Shown: in pieces, positions 8,695 to 18,648 of the stretch | Numbering within the stretch: the stretch's first letter is position 1 | Layout: every line of letters begins with the position of its first letter | Assembly: GCA_965261735.1 (NCBI GenBank) | Contig: OZ253470.1 | Coordinates: 4,064,001 to 4,128,000, forward strand | From: Alphaproteobacteria bacterium | GTDB taxonomy: Bacteria > Pseudomonadota > Alphaproteobacteria > SHVV01 | Length of the DNA stretch: 64,000 nucleotides | Reading direction: 5' to 3' | The notes under the pieces: model-generated | Told to the model about the DNA's origin: nothing | The model's database searches: none | The model's input: only the letters and a program-made list of their open reading frames with translations | Position numbers and translations under genes: made by a program

Positions 8695-10098
8695 ATGTCC
8701 GACGATATCGCTTACATGCCTGTGACCGAGCTCGTGGAGCGCTTTCGCGCCAAGAGCCTGTCGCCCGTCGAGGCGACGCGTGCGGCGTTCGATCGCATCG
8801 CGGCGCACGACGGCAAGACCAATGCCTATTGCCACCTCGACGAGGCCGGCGCCCTCAAGAGCGCCGCCGAGTCCGAGGCGCGCTGGGCCAAGGGTGCGCC
8901 GGTGGGCCGCCTCGACGGTGTGCCGCTGTCGGTTAAGGACACGCTCCATGCGAAGGGCATGCCGACGCGCTGGGGCTCAAAGACGACGAGCGATGCGCCG
9001 GAGCCCGAGGACACTTCCCCGGTGGCCAGCGTCCGCCGCCACGGCGCCGTGATACTCGGCAAGACCACTTGCCCCGAGTTCGCGCTCGGGCCGGTTACGA
9101 TCAGTCCACTGACCGGCATCACGCGCAATCCGTGGGACCTCGACAAAACATCCGGCGGCTCGAGCGGCGGTGCCTGTGCCGCAGTTGCCGCCGGCCTCGG
9201 CAATGCGGCGCTCGGCTCCGATGCGGGCGGCTCGATCCGTGTACCGTCCGCCCTGTGCGGCGTGGTCGGGCTCAAGGCGACGTGGGAGCTGGTCCCGTCC
9301 TACCCTTCCGCCGTCAACCCGAGCATCTCGTGCCTCGGGCCGATCACGCGCACGGTCGCCGACGCGGCCCTGCTGCTCACTGTGATGTGCGAGCCCGATT
9401 GGCGCGACTGGCAGGCGATGCGCTACGACGGCACGGACTACGCGGCGGCCCTTGCGGGCGGGGTGAAGGGGATGAAGATCGCGTTCAGCCCGACCTTTCG
9501 CTTTGCCGAGAAGGTCGATTCCGAGGTCACGGCGCTGGTCGCGGCGGCGGCCCGCGCGTTTGCCGATCTCGGCGCCACCGTCGAGGAAGCCGACCCTGGC
9601 TTCGATGATCCCATCGACATTCTGCTCACATGCATCTTTCCGAACGTGGCGCGCCGGTTTCGCGATGCGACCCCGGAGCAGCTCGAGACGGTCAACGCCA
9701 ACATCCGCCAGGCCATCGAACGCGGAAAGAAGATAGAACTGGCGAACTACATCGAGGCGCAGGAGCGCCGCGCCGAGCTCGGCAAGCACCTCCAGCATTT
9801 TCACGAGACCTACGACCTGCTGCTCACGCCCACGGTCGCGGTCCCGGCGTTCTCGGCCGAGCGCTGGGTGCCCGAGGAGTTCGAGGATCACGAGAACGCG
9901 CGCGCGTGGATCCCGTTCTGCAACCCCTTCAACCTGAGCGGCCAACCGGCGATCTCGGTGCCGTGCGGCTTTACCGCCGCGGGACTTCCGGTGGGTCTAC
10001 AAGTCGTCGGCCCCCGCTTCGGCGATGCGGCGGTCTTACGCGCCGCGCACGCCTACGAGGCGGTCAACCCCGTGTCGGATCGCCGACCGTCCCTATGA
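8695..10098 (+). CDS. Amidase-signature family amidase
   Basis: SVKD, GGSSGG and DAGGSIRVP (K-cisS-S triad); PFNLSGQPAISVP. Confidence 0.95.
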   Translation: MSDDIAYMPVTELVERFRAKSLSPVEATRAAFDRIAAHDGKTNAYCHLDEAGALKSAAESEARWAKGAPVGRLDGVPLSVKDTLHAKGMPTRWGSKTTSDAPEPEDTSPVASVRRHGAVILGKTTCPEFALGPVTISPLTGITRNPWDLDKTSGGSSGGACAAVAAGLGNAALGSDAGGSIRVPSALCGVVGLKATWELVPSYPSAVNPSISCLGPITRTVADAALLLTVMCEPDWRDWQAMRYDGTDYAAALAGGVKGMKIAFSPTFRFAEKVDSEVTALVAAAARAFADLGATVEEADPGFDDPIDILLTCIFPNVARRFRDATPEQLETVNANIRQAIERGKKIELANYIEAQERRAELGKHLQHFHETYDLLLTPTVAVPAFSAERWVPEEFEDHENARAWIPFCNPFNLSGQPAISVPCGFTAAGLPVGLQVVGPRFGDAAVLRAAHAYEAVNPVSDRRPSL

Positions 10099-10135
10099 GC
10101 CGACTCGTCCGCGCGTCCATAATGAGGGGCCGAGA

Positions 10136-11125
10136 ATGACGGTTGAGGACGTTACCTTCTACAGCGAAGGCACCAAGATGTGGGGCCGCCTCCACTTACC
10201 CGACGACCGGCGGCCCGACGCCCGCCATGCCTGCGTCATCAATCTCGCGGGCTTCGCCGGGACCTACGAGTACAAGGGCACCTCGGGCGATCTCGGTGCC
10301 CGCCTCGCACGCGCCGGCTACGCCGGCTTCGGATTCGACTATCGCGGCTTTGGCCGCAGCGAGGGCAAGCATCGGCTCGTGCACCCGCTCATGCAGGTGC
10401 GTGACGTGCGCAACGCCATCTCGTACTTGCAAACCCGGCCCGAGGTCGATGGCGGACGTATCGCGCTGTGGGGCCGCAGCTTCGGCGCCGCGATCGCGGC
10501 CTACACCGGACTGATCGACGAGCGCGTGGGCGCGGTCGTCGCCTATGCCGGCATCGGTGACGGCTATCGTTGGCTGCGCAACCTCATTCCCTTGCCGGAC
10601 TGGCAGGACCTGATGAAGGAGGCGGCCGAGGACCGCGAGCGGCGCGCGAGCACCAACGCGGCGCCGCAGGCGGTCTCGTCGTGGCAGCTCGTGCGCAAGC
10701 GCCAGGCCGATTACCTCGCCGATAGCGTCGACGAGGAAACCAAGGGCAATATCGGCGGCGAGATACTCCTTCAGTCTGCCGAAGCCGTGGCGGAGTTCGC
10801 GCCCGAGTCGGTGTTGCACCGGATGGCGCCGCGCCCGATTCTATTCATCCACGCCGAGTCCGATTCGTCGGTTCCGGCCAGCGAATCGGTCAGTATGTAC
10901 GAGCGTTGCGGCGAGCCGAAGGCGCTGTGGCTGCTACCCGAGTCCTATTCCAAGGGCCACTACGGGCTCTTTCAGGGCCAGAACGTCGATTCGGATGAGA
11001 CACCGTGGGCTCGGTTCACACGGCCCATCATCGGCTGGCTCCACGAGCACTTTCCCGTCGACCTACCGGATCGCTCGGTTCCGGGCGTGGTGCGAGGGTC
11101 TTTCTCGGGCGCCGGACCGCGCTAA
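10136..11125 (+). CDS. Alpha/beta hydrolase (FrsA/peptidase S15-like)
   Basis: FDYRGFGRSEG, QVRDVRNAISYL, GRSFG elbow. Confidence 0.88.
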   Translation: MTVEDVTFYSEGTKMWGRLHLPDDRRPDARHACVINLAGFAGTYEYKGTSGDLGARLARAGYAGFGFDYRGFGRSEGKHRLVHPLMQVRDVRNAISYLQTRPEVDGGRIALWGRSFGAAIAAYTGLIDERVGAVVAYAGIGDGYRWLRNLIPLPDWQDLMKEAAEDRERRASTNAAPQAVSSWQLVRKRQADYLADSVDEETKGNIGGEILLQSAEAVAEFAPESVLHRMAPRPILFIHAESDSSVPASESVSMYERCGEPKALWLLPESYSKGHYGLFQGQNVDSDETPWARFTRPIIGWLHEHFPVDLPDRSVPGVVRGSFSGAGPR

Positions 11126-11140
11126 GCGCCGGCCGCTCGC

Positions 11141-12400
11141 CTACCTGACCGCGTCGTCGGGTTCCATCTCCATGAGTTCGGCGTAGTAGGACCAAAAGCC
11201 GCGGATCGGGATATCGCTCGTCTTGAAGGTTACGTGGTCGGGGATGGCGCCCGCTCCGCCCATCTCGATGACCGACACCGCGTCCTTGTCGGATCGGGTC
11301 GAGCGATGGGCGATCTCCACGGCCTCGCCGTCCTCCATCGAGATCAGCCCCGCGGGCCCCACGAGGTTCGACTGCAACAGGCGATGGTGTGTCATCGCCT
11401 CGTCGTCGCTCTCGTAGCCGAAGATCGTAAAAACGAGCTCGAAGGAGTCCGTCCCCTTGGGGCGTATCTGCCGTGTTGCCAGGCTGTTGTCGATCTGCTG
11501 GACACAGGCGTTGGGAAACACCGAGCAGATCGAGATGGTGACGCCGTCGTCGTACTCCGGATGGTAGTGCACCATCCCTGGCTCGCGCAGCGTGAGTATG
11601 CCCTCGCGCACTTTCTCCTCCTTGTAGGCCTTGTGGGCCTCCTCGTCCGAGTCCGTGCCCTGCTTGCTGTAGGAGATGCTGTGGCGATGGCGCGGGTCCA
11701 TCCTGGCGCCGCCTTCCTGGGTAATGCGGGCAATCGCGAAGGTGGTCTGGAACTCGTGCAGCAGGCTGCCGTGGTATTGGTCGCGCAGGTTCTCGTTGTA
11801 GAACTTCCAGTTGCCGTGGATGCGCTGCCGCTGGTAGCCGAGCACGCGCACCGGGCTGTGGAAGACCCGCGCGAGATGGGCGGCATGGGTTGGCCCGAGA
11901 TAGTCGATCAACGGCTCGACGTCGTTGGCGAAGGTCGCGAACAGCACACCGCAATAGCTCTCGACGCGGAGCTTCTCGAGGCCGTGGGCGCCCTGGTCGA
12001 AATCGGGGCTGAGCCCGCCCTTGCCGCCAACCCCGCGCTTGAAGGGAATGCCGATGAGGTTGCCCCGCCGGTCGTAGCACCAGCGGTGGTAGATGCAGGT
12101 GTGATCGGCGCTATTCCCGTAGAGCTCGCGGCACACGGTGGCGCCGCGATGGGCGCAGCGATTGACGAAGGCGTAGACCTGGCCGTCGTCGTCGCGGTTG
12201 TAGACCACGGGCGTATCGCCAAGCCAGGTAGTGCGGAAGTCGCCCGGGTTTGGCACCTCGGCCTCGAGGCCGAGGAAGAGCCACACGGGCCCGCGGAAGA
12301 TGCGCTCCATCTCGCGCGCGTAGATATCCGCGTCGTGGTAGAGCGAGTAGGGGACGCGCGAGTAATCTTTGCGCGGCCAGGCGAACTCTCTTGCGTCCAT
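11141..12400 (-). CDS. Rieske aromatic ring-hydroxylating oxygenase alpha subunit (salicylate/anthranilate-type)
   Basis: NRCAHRG..CIYH Rieske motif; DQYHGSLLH and EDGE mononuclear iron site. Confidence 0.93.
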   Translation of the reverse strand: MDAREFAWPRKDYSRVPYSLYHDADIYAREMERIFRGPVWLFLGLEAEVPNPGDFRTTWLGDTPVVYNRDDDGQVYAFVNRCAHRGATVCRELYGNSADHTCIYHRWCYDRRGNLIGIPFKRGVGGKGGLSPDFDQGAHGLEKLRVESYCGVLFATFANDVEPLIDYLGPTHAAHLARVFHSPVRVLGYQRQRIHGNWKFYNENLRDQYHGSLLHEFQTTFAIARITQEGGARMDPRHRHSISYSKQGTDSDEEAHKAYKEEKVREGILTLREPGMVHYHPEYDDGVTISICSVFPNACVQQIDNSLATRQIRPKGTDSFELVFTIFGYESDDEAMTHHRLLQSNLVGPAGLISMEDGEAVEIAHRSTRSDKDAVSVIEMGGAGAIPDHVTFKTSDIPIRGFWSYYAELMEMEPDDAVR

Positions 12401-12614
12401 CGTTTGCTCCGTCCGCGGTCACGCGGGGTCGCCTACCGCCACCAGCAGGATAGGCCGGCAAAGCGACGATCTGTCAAGGCGTGAGGCGCCTGGCCTGGGC
12501 GCCTTGGGCGCTTGTGCGCGGGCATCATTTCTGATGTGATCGCCGCGATCGAAAAAGAGGGGCGGGGCGGCCGAGACGCCGTTGCCAACAAGAACAACTC
12601 GCAGGGAGGAGCGC

Positions 12615-13820
12615 ATGGCCGCGCCACGCCAAGAGATTCGGCTCGAGGACAAGCTGCCCGAGCCCATCAGCCACTACACGGACGCCGTGCGCTGCGGCGA
12701 CTTCCTGTTCATGTCCGGCGCCGGCCCGTTCGACAAGGACCTGAAACTCATTGGCCAGGGCGACGTCGCGGCTCAGGCGCGGGCGACCTGCGAGAACATC
12801 GAGAAGATGCTCGACGCCGCCGGGATGTCGTTCCAGGACATCGCCTACTTCAAGATCCTGCTCGATAACGTGCGCGACCAGGACAAGATCAATCCGGTGC
12901 GCCAGACCTTCTTCGGCGATGCGCGGCCGACAGGCGTACTCGTCGGCGTCCAAGAGCTCGCGCTTCCGGGCATGATGATCGAGATCGAGGCTGTCGCCTA
13001 CAAGCCGAGCGGCGGCGCGCCGGCGCGCCAGGAGATCGTCGTCGACGGGCTCGCTCCGCCCCGTCACCATGAGACCCACGTCGTCAAATGTGGCGACTTC
13101 GCTTTCTTCTCGCTGATGGGGCCGCTCGATGCCAACGGCAATGCCGCGCACGTCGGTGATCCGCTGGCCCAGGCCGAGGTCTCGCACCAGAACATGCAGC
13201 GCATGGCCGAGGCCGCCGGCATGGACTTATCCGACGTTGCCAAGGTGACGGTGTGGATCGAGAAGGTCGCGGACCGCCAGCTCCTCAACCCGGCGCGGGC
13301 GAAGTATTTCGGAAAAGGGCGACCGACCAGCGCCATGATCGGCACCAAAGAGCTTGCCGTTCCGGGTCTTCACCACGCCATCGAATGCATTGCCTACAAG
13401 GCGAGCCCCGGGAATGCGCCGCGCAAGGAATGGGTGGTGGAAAACTACCGCGAGCCGATCAGCCACTACACCGATGCCGTGCAGTGCGGCGACATCCTCT
13501 TCGTCTCCGGTGCCGGCGGGATCAACAAGGACCTGAGCGTGGTCGGCGAGCGCGACTGCGAGATGCAGGCCGAGAAGACCTTCGAAAACATCGGACGCAT
13601 GCTCGATGCGGCCGGGTTCACCTTCGACGAGGTCGTCAAGGTCAGCGTCTACCACACGCACGTGTTGGAGCGGACGATGATCAATCCGGTGCGCAAGAAG
13701 GTTTTCCCCAACACCCTGCCGGCGAGCACGCTATTCGGCATCAAGGAGCTGGCCCTCGAGCCACTACGGCTGGAGATCGAATCTGTTGCCTACCGGGCCG
13801 GTGCCGGCAAGGCGGCGTAG
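12615..13820 (+). CDS. Three-domain Rid family protein
   Basis: Three tandem Rid units (EPISHYTDAV twice; IEIEAVAY / IECIAY / LEIESVAY); GGAGGA RBS. Confidence 0.88.
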   Translation: MAAPRQEIRLEDKLPEPISHYTDAVRCGDFLFMSGAGPFDKDLKLIGQGDVAAQARATCENIEKMLDAAGMSFQDIAYFKILLDNVRDQDKINPVRQTFFGDARPTGVLVGVQELALPGMMIEIEAVAYKPSGGAPARQEIVVDGLAPPRHHETHVVKCGDFAFFSLMGPLDANGNAAHVGDPLAQAEVSHQNMQRMAEAAGMDLSDVAKVTVWIEKVADRQLLNPARAKYFGKGRPTSAMIGTKELAVPGLHHAIECIAYKASPGNAPRKEWVVENYREPISHYTDAVQCGDILFVSGAGGINKDLSVVGERDCEMQAEKTFENIGRMLDAAGFTFDEVVKVSVYHTHVLERTMINPVRKKVFPNTLPASTLFGIKELALEPLRLEIESVAYRAGAGKAA

Positions 13821-13899
13821 CTGACGGGCGCCGCTGCCGCCCGCACCCGGCCGACATCAGGCTGGGGCGCGGCCGCCGCGCCCGTTTTCGCGAACCGCC

Positions 13900-14781
13900 A
13901 TGTCTTTGGCTGAGCACGCGTCGCGGATCAACGCGCCGGGGCGTGCGATCGCTTACGCGCTGCTCTCCAGCTTCCTGCTGACCAGCAACGACGCCGTCGT
14001 CAAGTGGATATCTGGCGACCTCGCCGTCGGCGAGATCATCTTCCTACGCGGCGCGGTCTCGATCGTGGCGATCTTGGCCTATGCCGCGCGCCACGGCGGC
14101 TTCGCGGCCCTCAGGGTGAGCAACTGGCGCGGCCAGACGGTTCGCGGCGCGTGCATGGTCGGCGGCACCTTCTTGTTCGTTACCGCGCTCGGCAGGATGC
14201 CGCTCGCCGACGTGATCACGCTGGTTTTCATCGCCCCCATCCTCATTGCCGCGGTATCGCCATTCGCGCTCGGCGAGCCCGTCGGCTGGCGCCGCTGGTC
14301 TGCCATCGTCTGTGGATTTGTCGGCGTGATCGTGATGCTGCGGCCCGGCGCGGAGTTCTATTGGGCCGCCCTGTTGCCGCTCGCCGCGGCCTCGTTGGGG
14401 GCGACGCGAGACATCGTCACCCGCCGCATCAACCTCACCGAATCCTCGCTCGCGATGCTCTTTTACACCACGGTCATGGAGACGCTGGCTGGCCTCGCGA
14501 CCGCACCGTTCGGCTGGCAGATGCCTTCGGTCGGCACCCTCCTGCTCGTTGCCGCCACGGCGCTGCTGTTCGCGACCTCGCAGTTTCTCAACATCGAGTC
14601 GCTGCGTTTCGCGCAAGTCGTCGCCATCGCCCCCTTCCGCTACGCGCATCTGATTTGGGCGGTCGGCTTCGGTTATCTGCTCTGGGGCGACATCCCCGAC
14701 GGCTGGACCATGAGCGGGGCGACGATCATCGTCGCCAGCGGCCTGTTCATTTTCTACCGCGAAACCCGCCGTCAGGCGTAA
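13900..14781 (+). CDS. DMT/EamA family transporter
   Basis: About 10 hydrophobic helices; LGEPVGWRRW; APFRY. Confidence 0.92.
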   Translation: MSLAEHASRINAPGRAIAYALLSSFLLTSNDAVVKWISGDLAVGEIIFLRGAVSIVAILAYAARHGGFAALRVSNWRGQTVRGACMVGGTFLFVTALGRMPLADVITLVFIAPILIAAVSPFALGEPVGWRRWSAIVCGFVGVIVMLRPGAEFYWAALLPLAAASLGATRDIVTRRINLTESSLAMLFYTTVMETLAGLATAPFGWQMPSVGTLLLVAATALLFATSQFLNIESLRFAQVVAIAPFRYAHLIWAVGFGYLLWGDIPDGWTMSGATIIVASGLFIFYRETRRQA

Positions 14782-14796
14782 GGGCGGGGTGGTGCC

Positions 14797-15744
14797 CTAG
14801 GTCCCGCCCTCGACCACCGGGTTGACCAACTCGCCGAGGCCGCTGCCGGTGATGGTCACGGTGTCGCCCGGCTTGAGGTACTTGGGCGGATCGTGGAAGG
14901 CGCCGACGCCGGCGGGAGTCCCGGTATAGATCGCGTCGCCCGGGTCGAGCGTCACGAACTGGGCCACATAGGCGACGATTTGGGCGACGTCAAACAGCAG
15001 GTTCCGCGTATTGTCCTCCTGGCGCAGCTCGTCGTTGACCCAGCATTTGAGATCGATCTCGGGTGGTGCCGAGAATTCGTCGGCGGTCACGACGTAGGGG
15101 CCGAGGCAGGCGCAGGAATCGAAGCTCTTGGCGAGCGACGTCTGCGCGAGGTCGTTGTCGAGCTGTAGCTCACGCGCGCTGACGTCGTTGCCGAGGGCGT
15201 AGCCGGCGACGCAATCGAGGCCGTCCGCACGGGCGATACCCTTGGCCTTCTTGCCGATGATGATCACCAGCTCGGCCTCGTAGTCGAGCTTGGCCGTAGC
15301 GCCGCGAACGATTGCTTCGCCGGGTCCGATGACCGACTGCGCCAGCTTGAAGAACATGCGCGGCTCTTCGGATTTCTGAACCGCGGCCTCGTCGGCATGC
15401 GGGGCGTAGTTGCGCCGCACACCGAAAATCTTATGCGGGCGAAGGGGCGCGAGCAGTTGCACCGTATCCAACGCCGCCACCAGGGGGCGTTCGTCGGACT
15501 GGGTCGAGCGCGCGTTTGCCGCATGGACCATGGCCTCACGGGCCGCCTCCTCGCTCACCGGCGCGGCTTGAAGGAAGGCGACGAGATCGGGCGGCAGGAT
15601 GGCCTGAGCCAGTCGTTCGGCCGCGAACACACCGCGTGCCGCGAGTACGCCGGCATAGGCGGCGGCAAGATCGACCACATGACTATCGTCGAGCAGGGCG
15701 CCGAGCCGTGCCTCGCCGTTGCGGCGGTATGCCAGGTATCTCAT
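14797..15744 (-). CDS. Fumarylacetoacetate hydrolase family protein
   Basis: LDYEAEL, NDVSARELQ, AKSFD, TGTPAGVG. Confidence 0.93.
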   Translation of the reverse strand: MRYLAYRRNGEARLGALLDDSHVVDLAAAYAGVLAARGVFAAERLAQAILPPDLVAFLQAAPVSEEAAREAMVHAANARSTQSDERPLVAALDTVQLLAPLRPHKIFGVRRNYAPHADEAAVQKSEEPRMFFKLAQSVIGPGEAIVRGATAKLDYEAELVIIIGKKAKGIARADGLDCVAGYALGNDVSARELQLDNDLAQTSLAKSFDSCACLGPYVVTADEFSAPPEIDLKCWVNDELRQEDNTRNLLFDVAQIVAYVAQFVTLDPGDAIYTGTPAGVGAFHDPPKYLKPGDTVTITGSGLGELVNPVVEGGT

Positions 15745-15861
15745 GTTCCCCCAACCATTGGCTGGCGCGAAGATGCGACGATATCGCGCGCGCCCGCCGC
15801 GGTCCATAAGCCCGCGATAACGGCACGCTTCGAATGCGCCTGCGGGCGGGCGCCGAGGGTG

Positions 15862-17016
15862 CTAGTGGATTGATCGGAACGAAAGAGTCCGATTTGAGAT
15901 TCCGTATTGTGCGGTGTCATGCGAGTCTGTGCTATGCGCACCGGCATCCATTTTACTGTCACGTCTGGCGACCGTCAGCGATTGCAAGCTATCGTCGCGG
16001 ACCCGAAGAGCTCGCAGAAACATGTCTGGCGGGCGCGGATCATCCTGAAGAGCGACGAGGGGCTCGGGAACTCGTCGATCATGGCCGAGACCGGCAAGTC
16101 CAAGACCTGTGTCTGGCGCTGGCAGGAGCGGTTCATGCACGAGGGTGTCAACGGCTTGCTTCGCGACAGGTCCCGTCCGCCTGGCAAAGCGCCGATCCCG
16201 CCGGAGCGCGTCGCCGAGATCGTCCGCCTGACCCAGCAAGCGCCGCCGCACGAGGCGACCCACTGGACGCTGCGCGCGATGGCGAAGGTTGCTGGCGTCG
16301 CGGCGTCGACGGTCCAAGCGATCTGGAAGGCCCATGGCCTCAGCCCGCACCGCTGGCGGCACTTCAAGCTCTCCAATGATCCCGCCTTCGCCGAGAAGCT
16401 CACAGATATCGTCGGCTTGTATGTCGATCCGCCGGCCCATGCCGTGGTGCTGTCGGTTGATGAGAAATCACAGATCCAGGCGCTCGACCGCACCCAACCC
16501 GGCTTGCCGATGAAGAAGGGCCGCGCCGGTACGATGACCTATGATTACAAACGGCATGGCACGACGACGCTGTTCGCCGCGCTCAACGTGCTGGACGGTA
16601 CGGTCATCGCACAGAACATGCAGCGCCACCGCCATCAGGAGTTCATCCGCTTCCTCAACCGCATCGAGCGCGAGGTGCCGACGGACAAGGCCGTCCACGT
16701 CATCCTCGACAACTACGCCGCGCACAAGAAGGACAAGGTCCGCGCCTGGCTCGCCCGCCATCCACGCTGGACCTTCCACTTCACGCCAACCTCGTGCTCG
16801 TGGCTCAATGCCGTCGAGGGCTTCTTCGCCAAACTAACGCGGCGCAGGCTCAAATACGGCGTCTTCCAATCCGTCGTCGACCTTCAGGCCGCCATCAACC
16901 GATTTGTCCGCGAATACAATGACGCAAACCCAAAACCCTTCATCTGGAAAGCCGACCCCGATCATATCATCGCCGCACGAAACAGAGGGTTCCAAACGTT
17001 GGAATCAATCCACTAG
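15862..17016 (+). mobile_element. IS630-family insertion sequence, copy 1 (coordinates include both flanking CTAG)
   Basis: Terminal IRs CTAGTGGATTGATcggAACG and CGTTggaATCAATCCACTAG; near-identical inverted copy at 52032-53186. Confidence 0.96.
15934..17016 (+). CDS. IS630 transposase
   Basis: DDE motifs SVDEKSQIQ, ILDNYAAHK and SWLNAVE; stop codon lies in the terminal CTAG. Confidence 0.96.
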   Translation: MRTGIHFTVTSGDRQRLQAIVADPKSSQKHVWRARIILKSDEGLGNSSIMAETGKSKTCVWRWQERFMHEGVNGLLRDRSRPPGKAPIPPERVAEIVRLTQQAPPHEATHWTLRAMAKVAGVAASTVQAIWKAHGLSPHRWRHFKLSNDPAFAEKLTDIVGLYVDPPAHAVVLSVDEKSQIQALDRTQPGLPMKKGRAGTMTYDYKRHGTTTLFAALNVLDGTVIAQNMQRHRHQEFIRFLNRIEREVPTDKAVHVILDNYAAHKKDKVRAWLARHPRWTFHFTPTSCSWLNAVEGFFAKLTRRRLKYGVFQSVVDLQAAINRFVREYNDANPKPFIWKADPDHIIAARNRGFQTLESIH

Positions 17017-18078
17017 TTAGTCGAGCCGCGTCATGACCTCTTGGCTGAACTTGTTGACCATCCGAAGGCGCTCCTGGTGCGTGGCCGCCGTCGGGTCGCT
17101 CGTCTGCCCGTAGAGGAACAGGATCCATTGGGTCAGGCCCTCGGTCCGCGCGAGCTCGTTCATGCGCTCGGCGACGCCCTCCGAGGTCCCGAGCAGGCGC
17201 GGCGAACGCGACATCAGCCAGTCGTAGAGGCCGAGCTCCTTGGCGCGGTCGACGAGCTGGGCTTCACGGTTCTTGCCTCGGTAGACGACCTTGAGATTGT
17301 GCTGGTCGGCATTGAGCTGCTTGACCTTCTCCTTGTAGTCCTCGGGAATGCCCTTACCCTCGAGGCTGCCCATCGTGAGCCAGCGCGGCATCCAGCCGAG
17401 ACTGCGCTTGGCCGCGGCGTCATAGCTTTCGTCGAACACGAGCGGTGCGTTCCACCAGACATCGAAGGTCGCCGGGTCCTTGCCGACGGCCCGCCGCCCC
17501 TCGTCGATGATGCGCCGAACGTCGGCCAGGTCCTCGGGTGCAAAGCCCATATGCACCACGGCGCCATCAGCGATCTCGGCCGCCAAGCGCAGAACCTTCG
17601 GGCCCGAGCACATCAGGTAGGTCGGCAGGTCGAACGGCTCGAAGCGCCATGCGGGCTTGAAGGTATGGCCGTCCCAGGTGATGTCCTCGCCCCGACAGAG
17701 GCGTTTGACGGCAACAGTGTAGTCGCGCAGGAGTTGTAGCTTGGCCGGGCTGCGCGCCATCGACCAAATCGCCGAATCGCCGGTGGCAATCCCGAACATC
17801 ATGCGCCCGGGTGCGAGCTCGTTGAGTGCCACGAAGGCGCCGGCCATGACCGTCGGGTGGCGGGTGATCGGGTTGGTGGCATAGCTCATGATCCGGGCCC
17901 TGGACGTCGATAGGGCGATGGCCGTGAGGCACACCACCATCTCGCGCACCAGGTTCTGCGAATCGGCCGGCCCGAGCACGTCGAGGCCCGCGTCCTCGCA
18001 GGCCTTCCACACCTCGATACCCTCCCGCACCGTATCGTGGGGCGGCATGTAGCTCAACTGCCATGCATGCTCAGCCAT
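17017..18078 (-). CDS. LLM-class flavin-dependent oxidoreductase
   Basis: DSQNL, TNPITRHP, GIATGDS, GPKVLRLAAEIADG; GGAGGA RBS; IS630 inserted directly after the stop codon. Confidence 0.9.
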   Translation of the reverse strand: MAEHAWQLSYMPPHDTVREGIEVWKACEDAGLDVLGPADSQNLVREMVVCLTAIALSTSRARIMSYATNPITRHPTVMAGAFVALNELAPGRMMFGIATGDSAIWSMARSPAKLQLLRDYTVAVKRLCRGEDITWDGHTFKPAWRFEPFDLPTYLMCSGPKVLRLAAEIADGAVVHMGFAPEDLADVRRIIDEGRRAVGKDPATFDVWWNAPLVFDESYDAAAKRSLGWMPRWLTMGSLEGKGIPEDYKEKVKQLNADQHNLKVVYRGKNREAQLVDRAKELGLYDWLMSRSPRLLGTSEGVAERMNELARTEGLTQWILFLYGQTSDPTAATHQERLRMVNKFSQEVMTRLD

Positions 18079-18116
18079 GTCGGTCCTCCCTGCGGCATCG
18101 GTCTGGCGAATGCCGG

Positions 18117-18153
18117 AAAAAAAGGGCGGGACCGCCTCAATACGGTCCCGCCC
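18117..18153 (-). terminator. Rho-independent terminator
   Basis: 11-bp perfect stem GGGCGGGACCG/CGGTCCCGCCC followed by T7 on the minus strand. Confidence 0.85.
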
Positions 18154-18170
18154 GTCAAGACTCTCGAAGA

Positions 18171-18410
18171 CTACTGCACCATGTAGACGCCCTCGAAGTC
18201 GTCCTTGTTGCCGAGGGCGTTGGTGATCACGTTTTTGAACTTGGTGTTGATGAAGTGGGGCTGCTGGACCTCCAGAAACCACACGAAGGCCACGTCATCG
18301 ACGAGCGTCTTCTGCAGTTCGCTGTAGATCTGGGCGCGTTTCTTGGGATCCATCTCCACGGCACCGCGGGCGAACAGGTCGTCCACCTTGGGGTTGGAGT
18401 AGCCCGTTGC
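18171..18410 (-). pseudogene. 3' remnant of a family-5 ABC substrate-binding protein
   Basis: GYSNPKVDDLFARGAVEMDPKKRAQIYSELQKTLVDD is a typical SBP5 C-terminus; the N-terminal part is absent. Confidence 0.8.
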
Positions 18411-18648
18411 CAACGCCCTTCCAGACATCGACACGGAATGCGTGCAGGGGGCACTGGACCTCGGTGCCGTCGAACTCGCCTTCACCCAGTGATCCACCGG
18501 CATGCGAGCAACGATTGTTGATCGCCGCGCAATGCTCGCCAACTCGGAACACGGCAACCCTCAAACGTTCATTAACGTCGATGATTTTCGCGCCGTTGTC
18601 CGGGATATCGCTCAGTAGCATTCGCAGAGCATGGCGAACGGCGCTGTT
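18404..18648 (-). pseudogene. Rieske ferredoxin fragment
   Basis: NRCSHAGGSL..VQCPLHAF motif; C-terminus replaced by the SBP remnant. Confidence 0.8.
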
